A DNA stretch of 64,000 nucleotides from Anaerolineae bacterium. GTDB taxonomy: Bacteria > Chloroflexota > Anaerolineae > JAADDB01. The stretch's first letter is position 1; each line of letters starts with the position of its first letter. The notes below the pieces were generated by a model. The model was not told the DNA's origin. It searched no databases and saw only the letters and a program-made list of their open reading frames with translations. A program made the position numbers and the translations under genes. Shown here piece after piece: positions 20,637 through 30,959 of the stretch. The stretch spans positions 3,313 through 67,312 of the forward strand of contig WFQU01000160.1 in the NCBI GenBank assembly GCA_015486845.1, given 5' to 3'.

Positions 20637-20805
20637 AGCGTTCCCCCGGCTAAGCTGATCAATTGATTATAATCCCACTCGGCACAAAATGAAAGACAAA
20701 ATGAAAGCCTTTTGGCCCAGCAACAACTATTCTAAATCCGACACGGCTCGCAGAAACATCTCTGAGAATAAGCAAAATTAACCGATTAATACAACTATGC
20801 AAAAC

Positions 20806-20834
20806 TTGACACCCATTCTACACCGACCTATAAT
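20806..20834 (+). promoter_or_regulatory. Consensus sigma70 promoter of the liv operon
   Basis: Perfect TTGACA-17 nt-TATAAT. Confidence 0.85.
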
Positions 20835-21119
20835 GGCAGGCAAGCTTCTTTCCGTGGTGTAAATATCATGATCGCTAACCAAAAAACAGGCGATTGTGGC
20901 AACCATAAATACAAAAGATTTTCAATACATTGCTGTGGAATACCAAAAAATAGCTCACGGTAATTTACCAGGTATTTTCCCCCTCAATCGTAGTGATGCC
21001 GATGTCACTCACACGCAGCAAAAGGAGGTGTAGTCTAACCCAAACAGAGATAATTAAGTGTAAGCGCGGTTCGTGTTCAGTAGAAGCATTTGCTCATTTT
21101 CGGGAAGGAGAAAGCGAAC

Positions 21120-22304
21120 ATGTCACGGAAGCATTTTATTCTGTTAACAGTCGTGCTGGTATTGGCTATAGCCGCTTTAGCAGCTTGCAGCGGAGGCGGA
21201 GCTAAGGTCATTAAAGTAGGAATCAACGCTCCTCTTACCGGCAGTATCCCCAAAGTAGGCGAAGGGACCAAATATTCTGCCCAAATGTGGTTGGCAGACA
21301 TCAACAAGGCCGGCGGCCTGCAAGTCGGCAACAAGAAATACAAAGTCGAATTGGTCATCGAAGATAACGAATCGAAAGCAGATTCCGCTGTCAAGGCAAA
21401 TACCAAGATGATCACCCAGGACAATGTGCTTGTTATTATCGGCCCACAGTCATCCAAACAGGCTGTTCCCGCCGGCGAAGTCGCAAATAACTACAAAACA
21501 CCGATGATCAGTCCATGGTCGACGAATCCCAAGACAACACTCAACCGTCCATGGGTTTTCCGTGGTTGTTTCTTAGACCCGTTCCAGGGCCCAGTGATTG
21601 CCAATTTCGTTACAAATCAATTTGGTTTCACCAAAGCAGCCGTGCTTTACGATATTGCCAGCGATTACCCCAAAGGGTTAGCTGAGTATTTCAAGAAGGC
21701 ATGGGAAAAGCTACACGGCGCAGGTTCTGTTGTCGCTTACGAAAGCTTCACCCACGGCGATACAGATTTCAGTGCCCAGCTTACCGCCATCAATAAATCC
21801 GGTGCTCAATTCCTGTTTACCCCGCAGTATTACAGCGAGGTGGCGCTCATCGTCAAGCAAGCTCACCAATTAGGCTGGAACAAGCCCATTGTGGGGAGCG
21901 ACAGTTGGGGTTCCGCTGAGCTCATCAAGCTGTGCGGCTCCGATTGCTATGGTGATTACTTCAGCACCCATTACGCAGCCGCCGGTGCCAAAGGCGCGAC
22001 GAAAGCATTCATCGATCGCTACAATGCTAAATACGGTTATGTGCCGGATGACGTAGCCGCTTTGACCTGGGACTCTCTGAACATTGCCAAAACAGCTATT
22101 CAAAACTGCGGCAAACTTACCGGGAAAATCGCGACCGATCGTAAGTGCGTACGCGATGCCATGGCCAATATCAAGAACTTCGACGGTATCACCGGCAAGA
22201 TGACTTTCAACGAGTCAGGGGATCCATCTAAATGCGCCGTCATCGTCAAGATCAGCGACAAAGGTGAATTCAAGTTCTTCAAGCAAGTTTGTCCCACCAA
22301 GTAA
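21120..22304 (+). CDS. Branched-chain amino acid-type ABC substrate-binding lipoprotein (LivJ/K family)
   Basis: Lipobox LAAC, KVGINAPLTG, GDTDFSAQL, FDGITGKMTF. SD AAGGAG. Confidence 0.93.
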   Translation: MSRKHFILLTVVLVLAIAALAACSGGGAKVIKVGINAPLTGSIPKVGEGTKYSAQMWLADINKAGGLQVGNKKYKVELVIEDNESKADSAVKANTKMITQDNVLVIIGPQSSKQAVPAGEVANNYKTPMISPWSTNPKTTLNRPWVFRGCFLDPFQGPVIANFVTNQFGFTKAAVLYDIASDYPKGLAEYFKKAWEKLHGAGSVVAYESFTHGDTDFSAQLTAINKSGAQFLFTPQYYSEVALIVKQAHQLGWNKPIVGSDSWGSAELIKLCGSDCYGDYFSTHYAAAGAKGATKAFIDRYNAKYGYVPDDVAALTWDSLNIAKTAIQNCGKLTGKIATDRKCVRDAMANIKNFDGITGKMTFNESGDPSKCAVIVKISDKGEFKFFKQVCPTK

Positions 22305-22382
22305 GGAATCACCTTAAGGCGTTAACGGCCCCAATCAACACAGACTGAGTCTTATCGATAGTGGATAAGTAATCAGCAAACG

Positions 22383-22418
22383 AAGGGCGATGCCTAAAAC
22401 ACCAGACATCGCCCTTTT
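22383..22418 (+). terminator. Intercistronic hairpin after the binding-protein gene (partial terminator or mRNA stabiliser)
   Basis: AAGGGCGATG...CATCGCCCTT followed by TT. Confidence 0.55.
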
Positions 22419-22440
22419 ATAGGAACGAGGTGTAATCGGA

Positions 22441-23364
22441 ATGGGATATTTCTTGCAAAACATTGTCAATGCGCTGCAATGGGGTAGTTTTTACGCCCTT
22501 GTAGCCATAGGATACTCCATGGTGTATGGTGTCCTCATGCTTTTCAACTTTGCTCACGGAGATGTCTTCATGGTCGGCGCCTACATTGGCTTCTTTACAG
22601 CGTCGGGGCTAATGGCTTTAGCTGCCATGGGGAGTATCGCCATACCGGGATGGCTTATTCTTATATTAACACTCATTATTGCCATGTTCTTGAATTCCTT
22701 TGTCGGCATGGCTGTGGAGCGCATCGGTTATCGCCCATTGAGAGACGCTCCCCGAGCATCGGCTGCCATCACTGGACTCATGATTGGTATCATCTTAGAA
22801 ACAGGTAACTTAGCTTTATTAGGTGCTCAGCGCAGAGCATTTCCACCGCTTATCCCACCAACCGTATACAAAGTAGGCGGCGTCTATATCACAAATCAAA
22901 AAATCGTCATCATCGTCGTCGCGTTAGCTCTCACCCTTGCCCTACACCAATTCGTACAACATACCAAATGGGGCATGGCCATGCGGGCCATGGCGTATGA
23001 CTTCCTCGTTGTCCCCCTCATGGGTATACCCATAAACACCATTGCGGCGCTTACCTTCGCACTGGGCTCTGCACTAGCCGCTGCCGCCGGCGTGCTTTAC
23101 GGTGTGGCTTATCCTGTTTTAGGCCCTTACATGGGCATTATTATTGGGTGGAAGGCTTTTGTGGCCGCCATTTTAGGAGGACGCGGCTCCATCTTAGGCG
23201 CTGCTTCAGCCGGTTTCCTCTTAGGATTCATTGAAATCTTCGTCACCATGATTTTCCCGTCTACGATGCGGGATTTCATTGCTTATACGATTATCCTTTT
23301 GATCCTAACCTTCCTTCCCAACGGTTTCTTTGGTGAGCCTTACAGCGCTAAGCTAAGACTGTGA
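22441..23364 (+). CDS. livH: Branched-chain amino acid ABC permease
   Basis: YALVAIGYSMVYG, NFAHGD, KAFVAAILGG. Confidence 0.93.
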   Translation: MGYFLQNIVNALQWGSFYALVAIGYSMVYGVLMLFNFAHGDVFMVGAYIGFFTASGLMALAAMGSIAIPGWLILILTLIIAMFLNSFVGMAVERIGYRPLRDAPRASAAITGLMIGIILETGNLALLGAQRRAFPPLIPPTVYKVGGVYITNQKIVIIVVALALTLALHQFVQHTKWGMAMRAMAYDFLVVPLMGIPINTIAALTFALGSALAAAAGVLYGVAYPVLGPYMGIIIGWKAFVAAILGGRGSILGAASAGFLLGFIEIFVTMIFPSTMRDFIAYTIILLILTFLPNGFFGEPYSAKLRL

Positions 23365-23408
23365 CGGATAACATGTCACCACACATAGAAGATATAAAGG
23401 GCTGATTT

Positions 23409-24722
23409 ATGGAAGCAACAAGTAGCGTACCCACTAAACGAAATGCTTTTAATGCATGGCTAAGCAAACAATGGATGCCTTATCGACAAGTGTCACTATT
23501 AGGTTGGCTGCTTGGTTCCTTGGTAGCTGTTCTCTTAGAGACCTTCATCGGGACATCGTTAGCCTGGGCCTTAGGCATGAGCGACGTGCCAGCACTGTTT
23601 GGATTCGTTGTCATGCTCAAACAACCTGAGCTGCTACCATCCATCATTTTGTATTTGCTGCTCATTTATTTTATCCCCATCGCGATTGTCGTCCGTTTAA
23701 CAAAATCCATTGCCAATAAAATTGCTGGATTATTATTCCGATACCCCCTTTGGATCACGGCACTGTTCCACATTGTCTTGCTTTATGCCGTCATTGACGT
23801 TTGGGCCGTCATGAATGACTACCGGGTTTTGCTGGCTAAATTGATGATGATTGCGATCATCACCACGCTAAGTCTCAATGTCGTCAACGGCTACATGGGT
23901 GAGTTTTCCTGTTCGCATCCCGGCTTTCTGGCCGTAGGCGCTTATACAGCCTCCATTATCATGGTACTCTTCTTCGTCAATGACAAAGTGATGGGGCCAG
24001 CGCTCCTGCCGCCGGCATTAGGACCGTTTTTCTTCCCCATTGTTCTCATTTTAGGCGGCGTGGTAGCTGCATTCAGCGCACTGATCGTGGCTATTCCATC
24101 ATTCCATACCAGGGGCGATTATTTGGCCATTATTTCATTAGCCTTCATGTTCATCATCAAGAGCCTCATCGAAAACTTACAAGTATTCGGTGGCGCACGC
24201 GGTTTCATGGGCCAGCCGAATTTGGCATCACTACCCGTTGTGTTCGTGTGGACCATTATTGCCATCTGGACCATCAATAATTTCGTTCGCTCTACTTTGG
24301 GCAAAGCCATGAATGCCGTACGGGATGATGAAACCGCCGCCGACGCCATGACTGTCAATACCAGAAACACTAAAATGACAGCCTTTTTGTTCGCTGCTTT
24401 TTGGGCCGGCATTGCCGGTGGCCTTTTCGCCCATGTCATGCGTTATGTCAACCCTGGCAGCTTTGGCATCAAAAAATTAGCCGAAGTGCTGGCTATGGTT
24501 TATTTCGGCGGCTTGAATTCTGTTGTTGGTTCTATCGTCGGTGCTATCGGGTTCAATTTTCTCAGCGAAATGTTACGCCCGTTAGAAATCCTCAAGTGGG
24601 TCATCATCCCCGTTTTGCTAATCTTAGTGATGATTTTCCGGCCTACCGGACTCATCGCGTTCAAAGATTTTGACCCGGAAGAATTGCTAAGACCGAAAAA
24701 CCAAACAGAAGAAGAGGTATAA
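23409..24722 (+). CDS. livM: Branched-chain amino acid ABC permease with N-terminal membrane extension
   Basis: SLNVVNGYMGEFS, RGDYLAIISLAF, AVRDDETAA, FRPTGL. Confidence 0.9.
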   Translation: MEATSSVPTKRNAFNAWLSKQWMPYRQVSLLGWLLGSLVAVLLETFIGTSLAWALGMSDVPALFGFVVMLKQPELLPSIILYLLLIYFIPIAIVVRLTKSIANKIAGLLFRYPLWITALFHIVLLYAVIDVWAVMNDYRVLLAKLMMIAIITTLSLNVVNGYMGEFSCSHPGFLAVGAYTASIIMVLFFVNDKVMGPALLPPALGPFFFPIVLILGGVVAAFSALIVAIPSFHTRGDYLAIISLAFMFIIKSLIENLQVFGGARGFMGQPNLASLPVVFVWTIIAIWTINNFVRSTLGKAMNAVRDDETAADAMTVNTRNTKMTAFLFAAFWAGIAGGLFAHVMRYVNPGSFGIKKLAEVLAMVYFGGLNSVVGSIVGAIGFNFLSEMLRPLEILKWVIIPVLLILVMIFRPTGLIAFKDFDPEELLRPKNQTEEEV

Positions 24723-24724
24723 AG

Positions 24725-25495
24725 ATGCCATTACTTCAGGTTGAACACATGACGCACTTCTTCGGCGGATTACGGGCCGTGCATGACTATAATTTGTCCA
24801 TCGAACAAGGACAAATCCGTGGGCTCATCGGGCCCAATGGCGCCGGTAAGTCAACTATCTTTAATCTCATCACTGGCGTCTATCGTCCGTCCGAAGGAAA
24901 AGTAACCTTTCGTGGCGAAAGCATCGTAGGACTCCCTTCCCACGAAATCGCAGCCTTGGGCATGGGCCGCACTTTTCAAAATCTGCGACTATGGCGGCAC
25001 ATGAGCGTTTTGGATCATGTCAAGATGTCCCAGTATTCACAAATCGATTACGGCCTCATCGGCGCCTTTTTCGGCACTAAAAGACGTAACCAACAAGAAA
25101 AAGAAAATACCGAAAAAGCTTTACAGCTCTTAGACTTAGTCGGCATTCGCCATTTAGCCGACAGCATGGTCACGAACCTGCCTTATGGCGTACAACGCCG
25201 GGTGGAAATGGCCCGCGCTTTAGCCATCAATCCCAAATTACTGTTATTAGATGAACCGACAGCTGGCATGAATCCAGATGAACTGATGGACTTGATGCAG
25301 GTCATTCGCCAGGTTCATAACACGTTTGGGCTTTCCATTTTTCTCATCGAACACAGAATGAAGTTTGTCATGGAACTTTGTGAGCGCATCCAGACTTTAG
25401 TCTTCGGGGAAGTCATCGCCGAGGGCACCCCAAAAGAGATCCAAAATAATCCCAAAGTCATCGAAGCATATTTGGGCAAGGAGGTCGAAACCTGA
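24725..25495 (+). CDS. livG: ABC ATP-binding protein
   Basis: GPNGAGKST, RTFQN, LPYGVQRRVEMARAL, LLLDEPTAG, VIEAYLG. Confidence 0.95.
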   Translation: MPLLQVEHMTHFFGGLRAVHDYNLSIEQGQIRGLIGPNGAGKSTIFNLITGVYRPSEGKVTFRGESIVGLPSHEIAALGMGRTFQNLRLWRHMSVLDHVKMSQYSQIDYGLIGAFFGTKRRNQQEKENTEKALQLLDLVGIRHLADSMVTNLPYGVQRRVEMARALAINPKLLLLDEPTAGMNPDELMDLMQVIRQVHNTFGLSIFLIEHRMKFVMELCERIQTLVFGEVIAEGTPKEIQNNPKVIEAYLGKEVET

Positions 25496-26208
25496 TGTTG
25501 CTATCAGTCGAGAACCTACAGGTTTCCTACGGAAAAATTAAAGCGTTGCACGGCATCAATTTTCACATTGACGAAGGCGAGATTGTCTGCATTATCGGCG
25601 CCAACGGCGCCGGTAAGAGCACGACATTGCGGGCCATTTCTCGCATGGTGCCGGCCAGCCCGGGTAGCAAAATGACCTATGCAGGGAAGGACTTGCTGGA
25701 ATATTCTGCCGACAAAGTTGTCAGCCAATTGGGTATTTCCCATGTTCCGGAAGGCAGACGCCTGTTCGGGAACTTAACCGTCATGGAGAACCTCATTCTT
25801 TCCGCGTTCGCCCGCAAGGATAAGAAAGCCATTGACAGGGATATTGAGCGCGTGTTCGGTATTTTCCCGCGGCTGGAAGAGCGGAAAAGGCAGAAAGCAG
25901 GCACCCTCAGCGGCGGCGAACAACAAATGTTGGCCGTCGGACGAGCTTTTGTCAGTGCTCGTAAATTAATGCTCTTAGACGAACCATCCATGGGCTTAGC
26001 ACCTTTGCTCATGCTCTCGGTTTTCGACGCGTTGAAGGCAATCAACCAGGAAGGCACAACAATTTTGTTGGTGGAACAGAACGCCCGCATGGCGCTAAAA
26101 TTCTCGCAGCGTGGCTACGTCATCGAAACCGGCAATATCGTCATGGAAGGCAAATCGGAAGACCTCCTCAACAATCCTGACGTGAAAAAAGCGTATTTAG
26201 GTGCCTGA
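25495..26208 (+). CDS. livF: ABC ATP-binding protein
   Basis: GANGAGKST, VPEGRR, LSGGEQQM, LDEPSMGLAP, VEQNA. Confidence 0.95.
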   Translation: MLLSVENLQVSYGKIKALHGINFHIDEGEIVCIIGANGAGKSTTLRAISRMVPASPGSKMTYAGKDLLEYSADKVVSQLGISHVPEGRRLFGNLTVMENLILSAFARKDKKAIDRDIERVFGIFPRLEERKRQKAGTLSGGEQQMLAVGRAFVSARKLMLLDEPSMGLAPLLMLSVFDALKAINQEGTTILLVEQNARMALKFSQRGYVIETGNIVMEGKSEDLLNNPDVKKAYLGA

Positions 26209-27377
26209 TGACTGTGCCTGAGACAGCATTGACTTGGGCTGAAATAGATTTAGACGCCTTAGCGTCTAACTTGACAGCTTTTCGCCAACATTTGAAGCAA
26301 CAGATCATGATCATGGCGGTGGTTAAAGCCAACGCCTATGGTCATGGAGCCATTCCCATAGCGCGAGCCGCTTTAGCCAGCGGCGCCGACCGGTTAGCTG
26401 TGAACAGGGCTATCGAAGGGGTGGCCCTGAGAGAAGCAGGTATCAGAGCACCCATTCTCATTTTAGGCTACTTACCGCCCGGGCAAGCCAAGATGGTCGT
26501 GCAAAACCAGCTTACGCCGACCGTTACCAGCCTGCCGACAGCACAAGCGCTGTCGGCAGCGCTGCCCCCGGGAAAAACATTGCCGGCACATATTAAAATT
26601 GACACCGGCATGGGCCGGTTAGGCCTGTTACCAGATGAAGCCGTTACTTTCGTCCGCCAAGTGACACATCTGAAGAACATTAAGATCGAAGGCTTATTCA
26701 CACATTTTGCCGTCGCCGACGCAGAAGACAAAACCTACACATGGCAACAATTCCGCCTTTTCCAGACCTGCGTCGAAGCAATAAGCCAGGTCGTCCGTCC
26801 CCCAATTTTACACGTGGCGAATAGTGCCGCCACCCTTACTTTGCCGGCCATGCATTTAGACATGGTGCGCGTGGGCATTGCCATGTATGGCTTGCGCCCC
26901 GACGCCAACATTCCCCCACCCTACCCACTGCACCCTGTGCTCAGCTTGAAAAGCCGATTAGGCCGAGTGCGCACATTGCCGGCCGGAGCCAGCATTAGCT
27001 ACGGTCGCACCTACGTCACACCGCGGGCAATGCCAGTGGGTCTGGTACCGGTGGGCTACGGCGATGGCTACCACCGGCTCATTTCCAATCGCGGCGCCGT
27101 GCTTGTCAACGGTGTACGGGCGCCTATCGTCGGCCGGGTGTGCATGGACCAATTCGTCGTCGATTTGACCAATGTGCCCAATCCTCATGAAAACGACGAA
27201 ATTGTGCTCATTGGCCAGCAAGGCAACGAAACAATCAGCGCCGACGAAGTAGCTCGCTGGGCCGAAACCATCAACTACGAAGTCACCACCTCCCTATTAC
27301 CTCGCGTGCAACGCTTCTACTTTCGAGACAGCCACATCGTCCAACACAAATCATTAACCAAATTAGCCAAGGCTTAA
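26208..27377 (+). CDS. alr: Alanine racemase
   Basis: AVVKANAYGHG (PLP Lys), HIKIDTGMGRLG, ISYG (Tyr), GRVCMDQ, TINYE. Confidence 0.97.
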   Translation: MTVPETALTWAEIDLDALASNLTAFRQHLKQQIMIMAVVKANAYGHGAIPIARAALASGADRLAVNRAIEGVALREAGIRAPILILGYLPPGQAKMVVQNQLTPTVTSLPTAQALSAALPPGKTLPAHIKIDTGMGRLGLLPDEAVTFVRQVTHLKNIKIEGLFTHFAVADAEDKTYTWQQFRLFQTCVEAISQVVRPPILHVANSAATLTLPAMHLDMVRVGIAMYGLRPDANIPPPYPLHPVLSLKSRLGRVRTLPAGASISYGRTYVTPRAMPVGLVPVGYGDGYHRLISNRGAVLVNGVRAPIVGRVCMDQFVVDLTNVPNPHENDEIVLIGQQGNETISADEVARWAETINYEVTTSLLPRVQRFYFRDSHIVQHKSLTKLAKA

Positions 27378-27476
27378 CGAAAAACATAGTGCAGCAAGAC
27401 CTTTCCACAAACGTCGCGAAGCGCAAGGTCTGAAGGACAACACAAACATTCTGTTTCCAACAACGAGGAGAACGAC

Positions 27477-28469
27477 ATGGAATATCGCTATCTCGGCACA
27501 TCCGGATTACAAGTATCAGCACTCGCCTTGGGCTCCTGGGTCACATTCGGGCCGCAAACAAACGAGGACACAGCCCAGGAAATGGTTGAGGTCGCTTATA
27601 ACGGCGGCGTAAACTTCTTCGACACGGCAGAAGTGTACGCCGCTGGGGAAGCAGAAACTATTTTAGGGCATATCGTCAAACGTGCCAGATGGAAACGCTC
27701 GGACCTGGTTATCTCTACAAAAATCTTTTGGGGCGGTCAAGGGCCTAACGACCGCGGACTTTCCCGCAAACATCTCGTCGAAGGATTGAACGCGTCGCTG
27801 GCCAGACTGCAATTGGAGTACATCGACTTGCTGTTTGCCCATCGGCCCGATATTCACACGCCTATTGAAGAAACTGTAAGAGCCATGACTTATCTCATCG
27901 ACCAGGGCAAGGCGTTTTATTGGGGAACCAGCGAATGGAGCGCCCAACAGATCATGGAAGCTTACGCCGTGGCCCGGCGAGAACACCTTATTCCCCCCAC
28001 CATGGAGCAGCCGCAGTACAATATGTTTCACCGCGAGCGTTTCGAAGTGGAGTATGCCCGTTTGTACAAAGAAATCGGCTTAGGCACCACCATCTGGAGC
28101 CCATTGGCCGGCGGACTGCTCACCGGCAAATACAACCAGGGCATCCCCAAAGGAACACGCGCCAGCCTGCCAGGATTCGAGTGGCTGCGGGAACGCTACA
28201 CCGGGCCGGAAGCAGAGCGCAGAATTGCGAAAGTGAAGCAACTCCTGCCCCTCGCGGCTGCGTTAGATTGCAGCATGGCTCAACTCGCTTTAGCCTGGAC
28301 GCTGAAAAACGAGCATGTCAGCAGCGTCATCACCGGCGCCTCCCGGCCCGCCCAAATAGAAGATAATCTGGGTGCGCTGGCCGTGGCAGAAAAGCTCGAC
28401 GACAACATGATGACGCAAATTGAGGAGATTCTGGACAACAAGCCGCAAGCCCCAATCGATTTCCGCTAA
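27477..28469 (+). CDS. Aldo/keto reductase (Kv-beta-like)
   Basis: FDTAEVY, STKIFWG, GLSRKH, YWGTSEW, WSPLAGGLLTGKY. Confidence 0.95.
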   Translation: MEYRYLGTSGLQVSALALGSWVTFGPQTNEDTAQEMVEVAYNGGVNFFDTAEVYAAGEAETILGHIVKRARWKRSDLVISTKIFWGGQGPNDRGLSRKHLVEGLNASLARLQLEYIDLLFAHRPDIHTPIEETVRAMTYLIDQGKAFYWGTSEWSAQQIMEAYAVARREHLIPPTMEQPQYNMFHRERFEVEYARLYKEIGLGTTIWSPLAGGLLTGKYNQGIPKGTRASLPGFEWLRERYTGPEAERRIAKVKQLLPLAAALDCSMAQLALAWTLKNEHVSSVITGASRPAQIEDNLGALAVAEKLDDNMMTQIEEILDNKPQAPIDFR

Positions 28470-28541
28470 CGACAGGGGGAGGATCCAGTAACCAAAGCGT
28501 GTTCCCCCCCCCATGCGAACAACACGAAAGCGCTTCACACC

Positions 28542-30794
28542 TCACGGAGCAGCGGGCGGCCAGAGTGTGTATTTCCGCAGCGCCGGCGGATCGGACTCGG
28601 CAACCCAGAGGGTTCCCCCCTCCGCCGCCATCAATCCAGGTTGGACGGCACCCTCTCCGTCCAGCGGCAACTTGCCCAACCAACGCAGGTCGCGCCCGTA
28701 GAAAAAGTCAATTCCCTTGCCGGAAGCACTCAGGACAGCCACATTTCCGGTTGCCGCCGCAAAGATTATCGCATCGGGGCGGGCAGGTAACGCTGCTTCT
28801 GATAGCAACGCACCGTCTCGCAGACGATAAGCGCGCAACCGGCGAGCCGCCCGGTCAACGACGTACACCACGCCGGCGGAACGATCCAAAGCCAGCAGTG
28901 CGGGGGCGCCCTGTACCCGCAACGTCGCCGTGATTACACCGTTGACAACGTGCAGCAAACGTCCTCCGGCAGTGTCAGCCCCCCAGACGCCCGCACCTCC
29001 AGCATCGGAGCACAAAGAGAGCAAGGAAGTCGACAAAATCCGGGTGTAGTCGATCCGACCGTCACGGTCGTAATGATACAGCGACGGCGGCCACCAACTA
29101 CCGGCATACCAACCATCCTGGACAGCCGCCGCGGCCAGCGGCATTCCCGGCAAGGGATCAGCTCTCCGCCAGGAAAAAGTATTCTCCTGGCGAGACAACA
29201 AGCGCGTCCGGCCGCCGTCGGCGGCTAAAAGTAAAGCCCGATCCCCCGCGCCGGCCAACATGCCGCTCACGCCGGGATCACCTTGCCAGATTTGTGCCAA
29301 ATCAGCGCCGCTGAACGCATGCAGTTTGCCGGTACCATCGTTCAGCAACAGCACATTAGTCAATAACGACAGGGCCACCGGCTGCGCCGACAAGGCGACA
29401 CTTTTCGCCAAAACCGGCCTGGCCCAAACCGCGGTAGGCGATGCCGTCGGAGTAATCGTTGACGTCGGCGTCGGCGTGGCAGTCGGTGGCGACGTGTAAC
29501 GGTGCCAGAGCAACGGCAGCCATTGCCACGAAGCGCCGGTGCGCAAAATGCGGTAACTGTGACAGTACGTTGGGCGGTTCAATGGCCGTATCTGGATGTA
29601 ATAGCGGCGTTCCGGCTGCCCTTGCCAGCGCAACAGCAAAGGGGTCTGGCCGCTAACGCCGGCTAACGGGCACATATTCATTCCCTGGTAAAGAGAAACG
29701 GAGGCTAAAAGGCCGGGCCCCAAGCCGGATATAGTCAACTGACACGATGAAGGGAAATGACTATCGAAATAAAGCCAATCCTGATCGGTCAAAGAGGAAA
29801 ACGTGTGTTGCTGGGAAACACCTTCGTCCAAAGGATGTGCCAACGTTCTGCGATCGTCCGGCTCAAAATAATCACTGGGACAAGTTGGCGTCACCGTCGG
29901 CGTAAAAGTTGGCGAGGCCGTTGGAGTAGCCGTCGGTGTTGGCGTAGATGTTGTCGTCGGCGTCCAGGTTGGCGTCGCTGTGGCCGTGGCTGTGGGTGTC
30001 AATGTTGGCGTCGGCGTGGGCGTGCAGGTAGGTGTGCTTGTCGCCGTCGCCGTGGGCGTAGCAGTCGGCGTGGGCGTGGGTGGACATTCCGAAGAAGGCA
30101 GTTGCGCTGCCAATGTTTCGACTTGTCGTGACGTCAAAGCACCGCCGTAAAGATGAATTTCATCTAACTCGCCGGCGTACGCAAATTGATACCAACGCCC
30201 CATGACCACGTTTCCATGACCGACCAAACCGGCAGCCTCTTTTTGGCCCACCAAAGCGCCGTTCAAATAAAGCTGCAACGACGTGCCGTCATAAACGGTT
30301 GCCACGTGTTGCCAGGTATCTATTACAGCCGGTAGCGTGCTCGTCACGGTTTGCCAGCCATTCTGCCACCCTTCCCAGACAAGTTTCTGAGTCGTCGGTT
30401 CCATATAAAGCCAAAACGTATCGTCATGCCAAAGTGTGGCATAATCCGAAGCCCGCCTGGAATCTATCCAAAAAGATAGTGCGAAAGCAGAACGGCTGTG
30501 CCAACCGGCCATAGGCAATGTCAAAGCGCTACTCCGGCCATCAAAAGCAATGCCCCAACAACGGTACCCGGGCCGAAAAGTCAACGCATTGCCGGAGGCA
30601 TCTCGCCCGGCAGGGCTACTATCGGCTAACGTGGCAAAAGAAAAGTTCCATTCGCCCTGCAACAGCGGCCAAGGCGCCGGCGTGGGCGTAGGCGTACGCG
30701 GCGCTTCCGGGGCAGGCACAGATATCACCGATAGTGCGACGCTCGGCATCACGACAAAGCTCATCAGAAGAAACCGCCAGAAAGAAGCTAACAA
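28542..30794 (-). CDS. Secreted modular protein: LamG-like domain, Pro/Thr linkers, PPC-like domain, beta-propeller-like C-terminus
   Basis: Hydrophobic N-terminus, [29 protein letters not shown], long TPT repeats, DYFEPDD...DQDW, WLPLL. Confidence 0.8.
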   Translation of the reverse strand: MLASFWRFLLMSFVVMPSVALSVISVPAPEAPRTPTPTPAPWPLLQGEWNFSFATLADSSPAGRDASGNALTFRPGYRCWGIAFDGRSSALTLPMAGWHSRSAFALSFWIDSRRASDYATLWHDDTFWLYMEPTTQKLVWEGWQNGWQTVTSTLPAVIDTWQHVATVYDGTSLQLYLNGALVGQKEAAGLVGHGNVVMGRWYQFAYAGELDEIHLYGGALTSRQVETLAAQLPSSECPPTPTPTATPTATATSTPTCTPTPTPTLTPTATATATPTWTPTTTSTPTPTATPTASPTFTPTVTPTCPSDYFEPDDRRTLAHPLDEGVSQQHTFSSLTDQDWLYFDSHFPSSCQLTISGLGPGLLASVSLYQGMNMCPLAGVSGQTPLLLRWQGQPERRYYIQIRPLNRPTYCHSYRILRTGASWQWLPLLWHRYTSPPTATPTPTSTITPTASPTAVWARPVLAKSVALSAQPVALSLLTNVLLLNDGTGKLHAFSGADLAQIWQGDPGVSGMLAGAGDRALLLAADGGRTRLLSRQENTFSWRRADPLPGMPLAAAAVQDGWYAGSWWPPSLYHYDRDGRIDYTRILSTSLLSLCSDAGGAGVWGADTAGGRLLHVVNGVITATLRVQGAPALLALDRSAGVVYVVDRAARRLRAYRLRDGALLSEAALPARPDAIIFAAATGNVAVLSASGKGIDFFYGRDLRWLGKLPLDGEGAVQPGLMAAEGGTLWVAESDPPALRKYTLWPPAAP
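29885..30083 (-). repeat. Coding low-complexity Pro/Thr repeat
   Basis: [18 protein letters not shown]... over about 65 residues. Confidence 0.9.
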
Positions 30795-30959
30795 AGCGTT
30801 ACCCGCCCATCACGAAACAAATGGTTGTCAACCTGAGAATAGTGCTATTTCTCCCAAAAAACAGGACAATACGTGACGCGTACTACATACTACGTATTGC
30901 GTGTCACGCACCATTTTCAGGCACTGTTCTTTACCGCAGGCTCATGGTCATGCCTTTAC

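Noticed and set aside
30866..30912. Short TACG/CACG tandem units
   Set aside because: Too short and degenerate, with a single occurrence here.
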